Shown in pieces: positions 20,068-29,337 of a stretch of 64,000 bases of DNA. The stretch's first letter is position 1; each line of letters opens with the position of its first letter. Below the pieces are notes generated by a model. That model was not told where the DNA came from and did no database searches. It saw only the letters and a list, made by a program, of their open reading frames with translations. Both the position numbers and the translations under genes were made by a program. This stretch comes from Candidatus Shapirobacteria bacterium (lineage in GTDB: Bacteria; Patescibacteriota; Microgenomatia; 0-14-0-10-38-17): assembly GCA_018052565.1 (NCBI GenBank), contig JAGPNC010000001.1:45512-109511 (forward strand), read 5' to 3'.

Positions 20068-20454
20068 TTAGTTATCCCCTTCCATAATTCTCCCCAATCC
20101 GTGCTCCACAAAATCCCAAATCGCCTCATCAATTGTTTCCTGAAAATATAGCGCTTCTTTTTGGGCTCGGGGATAGCAAACAACAATATCACCCAACAAG
20201 AGCAGCCCCCCTTCAATTGGTCTTTCGTTTTGGGGAAACGCTAAAACATCACTAGCCAAATCTTTGTCGCGAAAGTCCCGATTCAGCTGACGCATTTTCC
20301 GCTCGCCGACCACAGCAACACTCACTTCCACTTCCCCCACTCCCCTCTCTCGGAAGAATTTCTTTATTCTTTCTCTTAATAATTTTTTATCAAAAGAATA
20401 ATAAGAGCGGGAGGAGATGCCAATTTCGATCATAGGCGCCATTGTAAACACCAA
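20068..20454 (-). CDS. ybeY: YbeY-like endoribonuclease (rRNA maturation factor) with degenerate metal-binding motif
   Basis: SDVLAFPQ and LGDIVVCYP motifs align with the YbeY family. The expected H-x3-H-x5-H motif reads HGLGRIMEGDN, so only the first His is kept. Confidence 0.7.
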   Translation of the reverse strand: MVFTMAPMIEIGISSRSYYSFDKKLLRERIKKFFRERGVGEVEVSVAVVGERKMRQLNRDFRDKDLASDVLAFPQNERPIEGGLLLLGDIVVCYPRAQKEALYFQETIDEAIWDFVEHGLGRIMEGDN

Positions 20455-20489
20455 AAATAAACAAATCTATAATTTGGAATTAAAACAGA

Positions 20490-20680
20490 GGGCAGGACAA
20501 AAAAATCAAAAGTTAAAAGTCAAAAGCTAAAAGTTCCCGCCCGAGACGGATCCGCCGTTTTGGGCGAATAGATTTAAGCTTTGAGATTTGACATTCGAGA
20601 TTTCAGCTCGGCTCGGCATTTGCGTTTTGAGGCCCCTGTGTGACATTCAAGATTTGAGCTCTTTTAATCACCGCAAAGCT
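20490..20680. repeat. Composite A-tract/GC-hairpin intergenic repeat (ybeY-yqeY spacer)
   Basis: AAAAATCAAAAGTTAAAAGTCAAAAGCTAAAAGTT-CCCGCCCGAGACGGATCCGCCGTTTTGGGCG ... repeated GAGATTTGACATTCGAGATTTCAGCTCGG / GACATTCAAGATTTGAGCTC units. Confidence 0.5.
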
Positions 20681-21122
20681 CATCGTTCCCTTCAGCCATT
20701 ATCTCCTTTACTTTCCTCGCCGCAATTTCTCCACTTACTTTTCCCCGTAATTCTTTCATCACCGCTCCCATTATCTGGCCAAAATTTTGATCTTTTCCCT
20801 CTTCTAGCACCCCCTTAATTACCTTTTCTATTTCTTCTTCCGTTAATGGCGGCGGCAAGAGACTTTTAAGAAAACAAATTTCTCCTTCCGCTTTTTTAAC
20901 TAAATCCTCTCGCCCTCCCTTTTTGAAAAACTCGATTGCTTCCTCTCGCTGCTTAATTTCCTTCTGAATAAGAGAAAAAATTTCTTCCTCCTCAAGCTCT
21001 CTTTGTTTTTCAATTTCTTCCTTTTCTATTGCCGCCAAAAGAAGACGCAACACTGATACTTTTTCTGCCTCTTTCTTTTTTAATGCTTCTCTTAGAAATT
21101 GTTGGATTACTTCTTTTTTCAT
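20664..21122 (-). CDS. yqeY: GatB/YqeY domain protein
   Basis: 152 aa helical protein (LRLLLAAIEKEE...FGQIMGAVMKELRGK). Sits immediately downstream of rpsU as in Firmicutes. Confidence 0.7.
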   Translation of the reverse strand: MKKEVIQQFLREALKKKEAEKVSVLRLLLAAIEKEEIEKQRELEEEEIFSLIQKEIKQREEAIEFFKKGGREDLVKKAEGEICFLKSLLPPPLTEEEIEKVIKGVLEEGKDQNFGQIMGAVMKELRGKVSGEIAARKVKEIMAEGNDELCGD

Positions 21123-21322
21123 TTTCCTCTACCTCGCCGCATTTCTTGATTGTGCCGATGCCTTCTCGCCGAAGGCTTTTCATAGCGCTGCTTTTCTTTT
21201 AAGCTTATCACTAAGTTTTCGGCCATAATTTGCCGTCGAAAAGAGGAAATAAGTTGGTCATCGCTCTCGCCTGGTTGTTTCTTGACAATAATTGCCATGG
21301 GATCATAAAACACCTCCTTCAA
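21119..21322 (-). CDS. rpsU: 30S ribosomal protein S21
   Basis: 67 aa basic protein (SFRRQI...YEKPSARRHRHNQEMRRGRGK). Confidence 0.7.
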   Translation of the reverse strand: MKEVFYDPMAIIVKKQPGESDDQLISSFRRQIMAENLVISLKEKQRYEKPSARRHRHNQEMRRGRGK

Positions 21323-21383
21323 AACACATTACCTTATATATTATATTAAGATAAATTATAACCGAAAAGAACGCTGGTGGCAA

Positions 21384-22511
21384 CTAGCGAAGGCGCCTGA
21401 TATCACTTATTGTCACCAAAATCATTAATAGCAACAAGATAAAAAAGCCAATCTGATTAGCCCACATCTCAATTTTTTGGCGTCGCTTTGGGCCCAAAAC
21501 TTTTTCCGCCAAAACAAAAAAAACCCGCCCCCCGTCTAGAGCCGGAAAGGGGAAAACATTCAAAATGGCCAAATTTACCGAAAGAACTCCTGCGAATTGA
21601 GCTAGCGGCCAAAAACCATTAGCGGCAATTTCCCCCGTTGCCTGATAAATGCCTACAGGGCCGGCAACGTCAAAAGCCATTTTTTCTCCCCTCAAGACTC
21701 CCTTAACTAAATTGACTAAACTTGCCACAATTTCCTCTCCCCAAAAGAAAGCTTCCGAAAAGCCATTATAAATTGCCTTCGGAATCATCTGATAAAAAGG
21801 ATAAAATTGAATTTTAGTATCCGAGATAACTATCCCTAAGGGGCCTTCACCCTCTGGAGGCGTTTCCCGAGGAACTACCACTGCCAAAAATCTGCCGTCT
21901 TGGCAATAAGAATAACTTTTTTTCTCCCCTCCCTGCCCTCCCAAGATTTCTTTTTGGCAAGGATTACCCTCTTGCCGACCAATCTCTAAATTAATAGGCC
22001 GTCCGAGCGATCCGTTGACGCGCTCTAAGAATTCTTCATTGCTCGTTATCTTTTCTCCCCCAAAAGACAAAATTAAATCTCCTTCAGCTAAACCCGCCTC
22101 CAAAGCAGGAGAACCAGGCAAAACTTTAACAATCCTTACTTCATTCGCTTTTTCCGGAATGCCCAAAAACGAATAAACTAAAGTAAAAATGACCACCGCC
22201 AAGATAAGATTCATTAACACCCCCGCCAGCAAAATTCCCAAACGCTTTTTCTTGTCTTTATGACTAAAGGCGCGTTCTTTATTCTTGTTTACACTAGTTT
22301 CTTCGCCATAAAGTCGGACAAAACCACCAAATGGCAAAAGATTAAGAGAATAAACAGTTTCTCCTCTCTTTATTCCTAAAAGGCGTGGAGGCAAACCAAA
22401 ACCAAATTCTTCTACCAAAACCCCTGCCTTTTTAGCTGCTAAAAAATGTCCCCCTTCATGGACTAAAACTAACACCGAAAGCAACAGAAAAAAAGTAATA
22501 ATTGTGGGCAC
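21384..22511 (-). CDS. rseP: RseP-like site-2 zinc metalloprotease (M50 with PDZ)
   Basis: HEGGHF zinc motif in the first TM. PDZ-like central region. C-terminal LDGG motif (ALDGGRVF). Confidence 0.8.
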   Translation of the reverse strand: MPTIITFFLLLSVLVLVHEGGHFLAAKKAGVLVEEFGFGLPPRLLGIKRGETVYSLNLLPFGGFVRLYGEETSVNKNKERAFSHKDKKKRLGILLAGVLMNLILAVVIFTLVYSFLGIPEKANEVRIVKVLPGSPALEAGLAEGDLILSFGGEKITSNEEFLERVNGSLGRPINLEIGRQEGNPCQKEILGGQGGEKKSYSYCQDGRFLAVVVPRETPPEGEGPLGIVISDTKIQFYPFYQMIPKAIYNGFSEAFFWGEEIVASLVNLVKGVLRGEKMAFDVAGPVGIYQATGEIAANGFWPLAQFAGVLSVNLAILNVFPFPALDGGRVFFVLAEKVLGPKRRQKIEMWANQIGFFILLLLMILVTISDIRRLR

Positions 22512-22516
22512 AAGGA

Positions 22517-22716
22517 AAATGCAAAACTTAAAAATTAAAAAGCAAAATGAAAGAGAAAAAATGCAAAATTAAAAGTCAGCAACTCGTAACATGTTAAAAA
22601 CAAAGATGGAACTACTCTCTAATTACAAGTTACCAGTTATCGGTTATAACTTGCTAGTCTTTTTACATTTTAAATTTTCATTTTTACTTTTGAGATTTGC
22701 ATTTCGATCTAACTAC
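22517..22716. repeat. Oligo-A/T-tract inverted repeat pair with a 90-bp spacer (upstream of rseP)
   Basis: AAAATGCAAAACTTAAAAATTAAAAAGCAAAATGAAAGAGAAAAAATGCAAAATTAAAAGTC ... TTTTTACATTTTAAATTTTCATTTTTACTTTTGAGATTTGCATTTCG. Confidence 0.55.
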
Positions 22717-22860
22717 TCGCTCTCAGCATTCAGCAAACAAAAATCTAAGCACTTCCGCAAAAATAAATATAACCCAGTATTGCTATTTTACCACCAATTA
22801 GGACATCACGAGAAAGATAGGCTCTTAAAAAGGCAAGTGCCTTTTACAAAAAAGAGGACT

Positions 22861-23412
22861 TTAAACCTGACGAAGATCTTTTTCCTTATTTTCTCCCAGA
22901 AGATCAATTTCGCCAATAAATTCATTCGTCAGTTTTTGCAATTCTTCTTCTTGGAAAAAAGCCTCATCTTCGCTTATTTCTCCCTTCTCCTTTGCTTCCC
23001 TGATCTCAGCTCTTCTCTCTGCCCGCAAGCGCCTAATCATCACTCGTGAGGCCTCTAACTTATTTTTTAGCAAGCAGACATATTCTTCTCGCCTTTCTGT
23101 AGATAGAGGGGGAACTTGTATCCGTACTAAATTACCGCTGACCATTGGCGTTAAACCCATTTCCGCCTCATTTATCGCCTTAACAATTTTTTTGATTACC
23201 CCCGCATCCCACGGTTGAATTAAAATAGTTCCTCCTCCTTCGGCGGTAATAGTCGCCAGCTCTTTAAGCTTCAAGGGGGCACTTCCTTCATAAGCCCCAA
23301 CAGTAATGTTCTCCACCAGTGAAGGGGTAGCTTGGGAGGTGCGCATCAGGGCTAAATCTTCCCTTAACATTACTAACACCGCGGTCATCTTTTTTCTCGT
23401 TTCCTCATGCAT
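22861..23412 (-). CDS. frr: Ribosome recycling factor
   Basis: 183 aa. Family-typical core VGAYEGSAPLKLKELATITAEGGGTILIQPWD. Confidence 0.9.
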   Translation of the reverse strand: MHEETRKKMTAVLVMLREDLALMRTSQATPSLVENITVGAYEGSAPLKLKELATITAEGGGTILIQPWDAGVIKKIVKAINEAEMGLTPMVSGNLVRIQVPPLSTERREEYVCLLKNKLEASRVMIRRLRAERRAEIREAKEKGEISEDEAFFQEEELQKLTNEFIGEIDLLGENKEKDLRQV

Positions 23413-23455
23413 CTTCCTTTTTATTCAATCATTTTCCCTTCTCTTTTGTCAAGCT

Positions 23456-23911
23456 CTAAACTTCAAGCCTTACAAATTCTCTTACCTGAATATTTTCCCC
23501 TATTTCCCCTGCCGTCTGGGCAATTAATTCTCCCACCTTAATCTGCGGATCACGAATATATTCTTGGGTAAGCAGCTCCTCAACTGAAACGGGCGCCATG
23601 GCTGCTACTTGCATCGCCAACTCATAGGCCAATTTCTTAAATTCTTCTGTTCGAGCCACAAAATCAGTCTCACACAAAAGAGCCACCATTGCCCCAATTT
23701 TTTGATTGGCATGGACATAAGCTACCACTGCCCCTTCTCCCGTCTCTCTTTCCGACTTTTTCGCGGCTATTTCCTGACCCTGTTGACGGAGAATTGCTAG
23801 CGCTTTCTTAATATCGCCGTTGGCTTTTTCTAGGGCTTTCTGACAATCACTAACCCCTGCCCTACACAAAGAACGCAATTCTCTCACCAAAGCCAAATTA
23901 TTTTTTTCCAT
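23456..23911 (-). CDS. tsf: Elongation factor Ts (short form)
   Basis: N-terminal UBA-like LVRELRSLCRAGVSDCQKALEKANGDIKKAL. 151 aa. Downstream of rpsB. Confidence 0.85.
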   Translation of the reverse strand: MEKNNLALVRELRSLCRAGVSDCQKALEKANGDIKKALAILRQQGQEIAAKKSERETGEGAVVAYVHANQKIGAMVALLCETDFVARTEEFKKLAYELAMQVAAMAPVSVEELLTQEYIRDPQIKVGELIAQTAGEIGENIQVREFVRLEV

Positions 23912-23946
23912 ACTTAATTAATACTTAATTAGTCTAATTAATCTTA

Positions 23947-24660
23947 CTATTTCTTTAACGATTCGATAATTTTACCCAAAAGATAAGCGATACTCTTTTG
24001 AGCATCATCGTTAGCGGGAATTATATAATCGATTGGCCGAGGATCGGTGTTGGTGTCAACAATCGCTACTACCGGCACCCTCATTTTCTTTGCTTCCGCT
24101 ACCGCCGTTTTTTCTTTTTTCGGGTCCACAATAAAAAGAGCCGCCGGGATTCCCCTAAGATCAGCTACTCCTTCGTAATCTTTTTTCAGCCGCAGATACT
24201 CTCTTTTAAGTATCTCTTGTTCATATTTTGTTCTTCCTTCTTCTCTCTTCTCTACTTGCCTCTCGAGTTTTTTAAGCTTCTTTAAGTTATTTTTTTTAAT
24301 TTCCTCAAAATTAGTCAAAAGCCCCCCGACCCAACGCGTCGTAATGTAAGGCATACCTAATTGTTGAGCTGTTTGCTGAACAAAAGGAGCCGCCTGCCTC
24401 TTTGTCCCCACAAAAATAACCTGATTCAATGGGTTAGCCAAAACTTCTTGTAAAAAAGAAATTGCTTCTTTAAGTTTCTCCCGCGTTTTTACTAAATCAA
24501 AAATATGAACTCCCTCCCGCGCCATAAAAATATATTCTCTCATCTTGGGATGAACCTTCGCCACCATGTGACCAAAATGACAACCCGCTTCCAAAAGCTC
24601 CTCGAGGGGAATTTCCAAACTTGCCTTTTTCTTTGAAGTCTTTTTCGCTGTTTTCGCCAT
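23947..24660 (-). CDS. rpsB: 30S ribosomal protein S2
   Basis: CHFGHMVAKVHPKMREYIF, flavodoxin-like fold motifs. Confidence 0.9.
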   Translation of the reverse strand: MAKTAKKTSKKKASLEIPLEELLEAGCHFGHMVAKVHPKMREYIFMAREGVHIFDLVKTREKLKEAISFLQEVLANPLNQVIFVGTKRQAAPFVQQTAQQLGMPYITTRWVGGLLTNFEEIKKNNLKKLKKLERQVEKREEGRTKYEQEILKREYLRLKKDYEGVADLRGIPAALFIVDPKKEKTAVAEAKKMRVPVVAIVDTNTDPRPIDYIIPANDDAQKSIAYLLGKIIESLKK

Positions 24661-24769
24661 TATTCTGCCTCCTTTTTTTCTTCACCTATTTTAAAATTAT
24701 GCAAATCAGGAGGAATAAAATAGGTGCCAGTGATAATAACCGTTATTTTAACGGCTTTCCCTTAAAAAA

Positions 24770-25600
24770 TCAATGGGAAACTAAATCATAAAAATTAAAA
24801 AGCAGGGAAACAACCGTTATTGGTCCCACGCCGCCGGGAACAGGAGTAATAAAAGAAGCCAAGGGGGCAACTTCAGAAAAATCAACATCCCCGGCGGGAG
24901 CACCCGCGTCAATAACCACCGCCCCTTTTTTAATCATTTTCCTTCTGATCAAGCCTTTTTCTCCCGTCGCGCTTATCAAAAGATCAGCTTTCTTAGTAAA
25001 AGAGGCAACGTTTTTTGCCCCGTGACTCAAAACTGTCACCGTTGCCCCTTTATTTATTAGCAATACAGCTAATGGCTTGCCAACAATATTTGATTTTCCC
25101 AATATACAGGCATTTTTGCCAATCAGGTATTTTTGGCCTAAACCAGCAAAGGATAAAATCTCGGCTATTCCCCTAACAGTAGCGGGTAAAAGACGTGGTC
25201 TGCCCATCATTAAAAAACCTAAATTGGCAGCCGTCAGGCAATCAACATCTTTGTCGGGGAGAATAGTGTTAACAATCTCTGTCTCTGCCGGCCTTAGAAT
25301 ATCAGGCAAGGGAAGTTGCATCATTATCCCCCCTACCCTTTCATCGTTATTTAAATCATTAATTTTTGCCATCACCTCTTTCTTAGTTAAACTACCTGGC
25401 CATAAATACTCCTTAAAATTAATACCCACACGATGGGCCGCCCTTTTTTTAAGATCTAAATAAATCTTGCCCGCTTTGCTTTCGCCGATTAAAATATCCA
25501 CCAGTTCTTTGTTTTTCTTTTCTCCCAAATCTCGCCACTTTCTGCGCAAAATTTCCTCTTTCTCTAAAGCCACCCGCTGGCCGTTAAAAATAGTTGTCAT
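24770..25600 (-). CDS. folD: Bifunctional methylene-THF dehydrogenase / methenyl-THF cyclohydrolase
   Basis: Rossmann GKNACILGKSNIVGKP. PGGVGPITV C-terminal motif. Confidence 0.85.
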   Translation of the reverse strand: MTTIFNGQRVALEKEEILRRKWRDLGEKKNKELVDILIGESKAGKIYLDLKKRAAHRVGINFKEYLWPGSLTKKEVMAKINDLNNDERVGGIMMQLPLPDILRPAETEIVNTILPDKDVDCLTAANLGFLMMGRPRLLPATVRGIAEILSFAGLGQKYLIGKNACILGKSNIVGKPLAVLLINKGATVTVLSHGAKNVASFTKKADLLISATGEKGLIRRKMIKKGAVVIDAGAPAGDVDFSEVAPLASFITPVPGGVGPITVVSLLFNFYDLVSH

Positions 25601-26853
25601 AAAGCCTCCCGAGAATAAATAGGAAAACGAAGAGTTAACTTCTTAACTTCTTTTTTCACTTGCCCCACTTCTTGAGGAGAACTGATAACCTTTTCTATCA
25701 ATTCGGCAATTTTTCCCATTTCCTCCTCTTTCATCCCTCGCGTCGTTAACGCTGGTGTCCCCAATCTTATTCCTGAAGGCCGAAATGGCGGCCGGGGATC
25801 ATGGGGAATACTATTCGCGTTAACGATAATGCCTGCTTTTTCTAAAATCACCGCTGCTTTCTTGCCATTAATATTCTTGTTGCGCAAATCAACCAAAATC
25901 AAATGATTATCAGTACCACCGGAAACCAAATTAAAACCTTTCTCTTGAAGAGCATCGGCTAGGCGGCATGCATTTTTTACCACCCGATAAGCATATTGTC
26001 TAAACGACTCTTTTTCTGCCTCTTTTAAAGCTACCGCCATCGCCGCAATCGTGTTCTCGTGGGGGCCACCCTGAAGACCAGGAAAAACAGCCCGATCAAT
26101 TTTTTTGGCCATTAGCGGCTCCTTTTTTAACCCCTTTCCGGTTACCATAACCATTGCTCCTCGAGGCCCGCGAAGAGTCTTGTGAGTGGTAGTGGTTACT
26201 ACATGAGCGTATGGCACCGGCGAGGGGTGAGCGCCTGCCGCCACCAACCCCGCGATATGGGCAATATCCGCCAAAAGATAAGCGCCCACCCTATCAGCAA
26301 TTTGGCCAAATTTTTTAAAGTCTAAAATTCGCGGATAAGCGGTGGTACCCGCCACAATGATTTTTGGCTTCTTTCTTATTGCCTCTTTTTCGATTTTTTC
26401 ATAATCCAGAAGTCCGTCTTCCCCAACTTCGTAAGGAACCCCTTGAAAATAGCGGCCAGAAAAAGTAATTTTAGGATGACCATGAGTTAAGTGCCCTCCT
26501 GACAAAAGTGAAAGCCCCATAATTTTATCCCCAGGCTCAAGGAGAGCAAAATAAACCGCCGCATTTGCCGGTGAGCCAGAATATGGCTGAACGTTAACAT
26601 GGGAGACGCCAAAAATTTTTTGCGCCCTTTTTTGAGCTAAAATTTCGATTTTGTCGATAAATTCGTTACCCTGATAATAACGTTTTCCCGGATAACCCTC
26701 CGCATATTTATTTTGTACTACTGAGCCCAACGCCGCCAAAACTGCTGGCGAGGCATAATTTTCCGAGGGGATCATCATCAGTGTTTCTTCCTGGCGCTTT
26801 TTTTCCCTCTCAATCAACCTAAAAATAGTCGGGTCAGTCTTTGTAAGAGACAT
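25597..26853 (-). CDS. glyA: Serine hydroxymethyltransferase
   Basis: PLP-lysine region TTTTHKTLRGPRG. YSGSPANAAVY. Confidence 0.9.
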   Translation of the reverse strand: MSLTKTDPTIFRLIEREKKRQEETLMMIPSENYASPAVLAALGSVVQNKYAEGYPGKRYYQGNEFIDKIEILAQKRAQKIFGVSHVNVQPYSGSPANAAVYFALLEPGDKIMGLSLLSGGHLTHGHPKITFSGRYFQGVPYEVGEDGLLDYEKIEKEAIRKKPKIIVAGTTAYPRILDFKKFGQIADRVGAYLLADIAHIAGLVAAGAHPSPVPYAHVVTTTTHKTLRGPRGAMVMVTGKGLKKEPLMAKKIDRAVFPGLQGGPHENTIAAMAVALKEAEKESFRQYAYRVVKNACRLADALQEKGFNLVSGGTDNHLILVDLRNKNINGKKAAVILEKAGIIVNANSIPHDPRPPFRPSGIRLGTPALTTRGMKEEEMGKIAELIEKVISSPQEVGQVKKEVKKLTLRFPIYSREAL

Positions 26854-26968
26854 AAATTTTTTGACAAAAGATAAACTTTAAATCGATAAGCCCTCATTCT
26901 GACACCATCTCCCTTTACAAAAGTAGAATTCAAAAGCTAAGAGTTTTTTACTTTACTTTTGACTTTTA

Positions 26969-27694
26969 TTATACCCCCCCTCTTCTTTTTCTTAACTTGG
27001 CGCCGGGAATCTTTTGCCAACGCCCACAAGACATCTCGCCCTCCCAGCAAATCCTCTCCGTTTGACAACTCGGACCGGCAGCGGCAAAAAGTGTTGGCGC
27101 CACCTTTTTAACTAACCTTAACATTTCCCAAGCTAAATTCCGAATTTCCCATTGTGCCCGCTGGCAACAGCGCAAGCGAAAAAAATTATGCAACTCCCGC
27201 GCATTCATTGTCACTACTATTTTTGTTTCGCAAGCATTAGGTAAAACAAAACGCGCGTCCTCTTTTTCGATACCAGCGTTAACTAACTGCTGATAGGAAG
27301 CTTTTGCCCTCTCTAAACTTTTAAGGAAAATCTTTCTGGCCTCAGAATTCCTCTTAATATGGGGAGGAATAATATAAGGGAGAGGCCCTGCTATCTTTAC
27401 ATATCTCTGAGATTGCTGCGAGTATGAAGCCAAACGATGCCGCACCAACTGATGGGAACAAGCCCGAGAAATCCCTTCAATTGCAAAGGTGAAAGAAGCA
27501 TGCTCAATGGTAGAAGTATGCCCGGAAGAAATAATTTGTTCAATCAATCTTTCTCTTGTCTCCCGAGTAGTTTTTTCCAAAAGGTCCTCTGCCCCGACAG
27601 GGCTATAGCACTGCCGAATAGCCGCCACCACCACTTCTTCTGGCTTTTTAGTATAAGACAAAAGAACAACCTTGAGTTTTTGTTCCTTAAGCAT
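26969..27694 (-). CDS. thyX: Flavin-dependent thymidylate synthase ThyX
   Basis: ThyX signature RHRxxxxxS (VRHRLASYSQQSQRY). Confidence 0.85.
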   Translation of the reverse strand: MLKEQKLKVVLLSYTKKPEEVVVAAIRQCYSPVGAEDLLEKTTRETRERLIEQIISSGHTSTIEHASFTFAIEGISRACSHQLVRHRLASYSQQSQRYVKIAGPLPYIIPPHIKRNSEARKIFLKSLERAKASYQQLVNAGIEKEDARFVLPNACETKIVVTMNARELHNFFRLRCCQRAQWEIRNLAWEMLRLVKKVAPTLFAAAGPSCQTERICWEGEMSCGRWQKIPGAKLRKRRGGV

Positions 27695-27791
27695 TTATTT
27701 ACATTAAAACTTCTTTCTTCTTGCCTTAGTTTTTCCTCACTCTACCCATTAAAGCACAAACGTTACCTCTTCGGGGCAAAAAGAATGTCCG

Positions 27792-29306
27792 TTAATTTTT
27801 TAGCTTCGCTGTTTGCCCATCAGTAGAAACCCAAATTCCCAGTTTTAAAAAAATACTCTGCTCGGCAGCAGATAACTCATGAGTGGTATGCATAAAACAT
27901 CCTCTTAGCGCACCCAAAAATCCTTGGGCCTTTTGTGCCACGGGGTTGATCTGAGAAGAAATTGCCAAGGCCAAAAGGGTTTCGGTGCAATTAAGACTGG
28001 TTGATTTTTCCCTAATCTGCCTTTTCAGTTTATTAATCTGCTTAATAATCGCTGGCGAAATTAAATCAAGATTATCAGGAATCCTGCCTAAAACTTTGAT
28101 CGCGCTTAAAACTACGGCCGCCTCCGCATGAAGAAGGGGAGAGTTTTTCCCGCTGATAATTCTACCATCAGGAAGCTCAATCGCCGCGCCGCAATAAATC
28201 CCCCCTTCTCCTTTCCCTCTTTTTCTCATTGCTTCTTTTCTTGCCTGCCGTGCGGCGGGCACTATTTTAAGATATTCCTCACTTATCCCCAACCGTTTTA
28301 TAATCGTTTCCACTCTTTCTACCGTCTTCCCATCAACTAACCCCTTTTTATATTCCTGCCGGTAACGAAAAAGATAAAAAATAATTTCTTTTTTAGCCGC
28401 CTCGCAAACAATATTTTCATCAACAATCCCCTGGCTTAAAACATTGAGCCCCATATCAGTAGGAGAGCGGTAAGAACGAGAAAAATTTTTTTCGCTTAAA
28501 ATTTTCTCAAAAATAGCTTTGATAATCGGGAAGGCTTCCACATCACGGTTATAATTAACCGCTATTTTCTGGTAGGCCTGAAGATGAAAAGGATCAATAA
28601 GATTAAAATCGCCTAAGTCAGCGGTGGCGGCTTCATAGGCAAGATTAACCGGATGATCAAGCGGTAAGTCCCAAACAGGAAAGGTTTCAAACTTAGCATA
28701 ACCAGAATTAATTCCCTTCTTCGCGTCAAGGTATATCTGCCCCAAGCAGGTTGACAATTTCCCTGCTCCTGGCCCCGCTCCCCAAACCGCAATCAGGCGC
28801 TTTTTAGTTTTGAGATCTTCGTCTCGGCCATAGCCGTGGGTATTTAAAATATTCTCAAGATTATGGGGGTAGTTATCAATTTCGTAGCGCTTAAAAACTT
28901 TTACTCCCATTCGCTTAAGCCTTTTTTCTAAGATTTTGGCCTTGCCTTCTCCCCCAAAGCGATTAATCACCACTCCCGCTACCGTCAAGCCAATTGTCTC
29001 TAGTTCTTCTAAAGCTTTAATAGTGGCTAGATCATAGCCCATCCCCCAATCACCACGAATTTTACCATTGGCTAATTGTTTGGCAGAGACACAATAAAGC
29101 ACCTCCAAATCCTGATGCAGGCTTTTAAGCAAGCGAACCTTAGCATCAGGATCGTAACCTGGGAGCGTCCGCGCGGCATGAAAATCGGCCATTAATTTCC
29201 CCCCAAATTCTAAATAAAGCCGGCCAGAAAATTTGGCTAATCGCTCTCTAATAGCTTTCTCTTGGGCAACTAGATATTTTTTAGTGTCAAAACCTCTTTT
29301 AGCCAT
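27792..29306 (-). CDS. DUF1846 / UPF0371 family protein
   Basis: About 500 aa. N-terminal GFDTKKYLVAQEKAIRERL...LYLEFGGKL is characteristic of UPF0371. Confidence 0.6.
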   Translation of the reverse strand: MAKRGFDTKKYLVAQEKAIRERLAKFSGRLYLEFGGKLMADFHAARTLPGYDPDAKVRLLKSLHQDLEVLYCVSAKQLANGKIRGDWGMGYDLATIKALEELETIGLTVAGVVINRFGGEGKAKILEKRLKRMGVKVFKRYEIDNYPHNLENILNTHGYGRDEDLKTKKRLIAVWGAGPGAGKLSTCLGQIYLDAKKGINSGYAKFETFPVWDLPLDHPVNLAYEAATADLGDFNLIDPFHLQAYQKIAVNYNRDVEAFPIIKAIFEKILSEKNFSRSYRSPTDMGLNVLSQGIVDENIVCEAAKKEIIFYLFRYRQEYKKGLVDGKTVERVETIIKRLGISEEYLKIVPAARQARKEAMRKRGKGEGGIYCGAAIELPDGRIISGKNSPLLHAEAAVVLSAIKVLGRIPDNLDLISPAIIKQINKLKRQIREKSTSLNCTETLLALAISSQINPVAQKAQGFLGALRGCFMHTTHELSAAEQSIFLKLGIWVSTDGQTAKLKN

Positions 29307-29337
29307 CTTTGCTACTCCCTATATTATGCATCATCCA

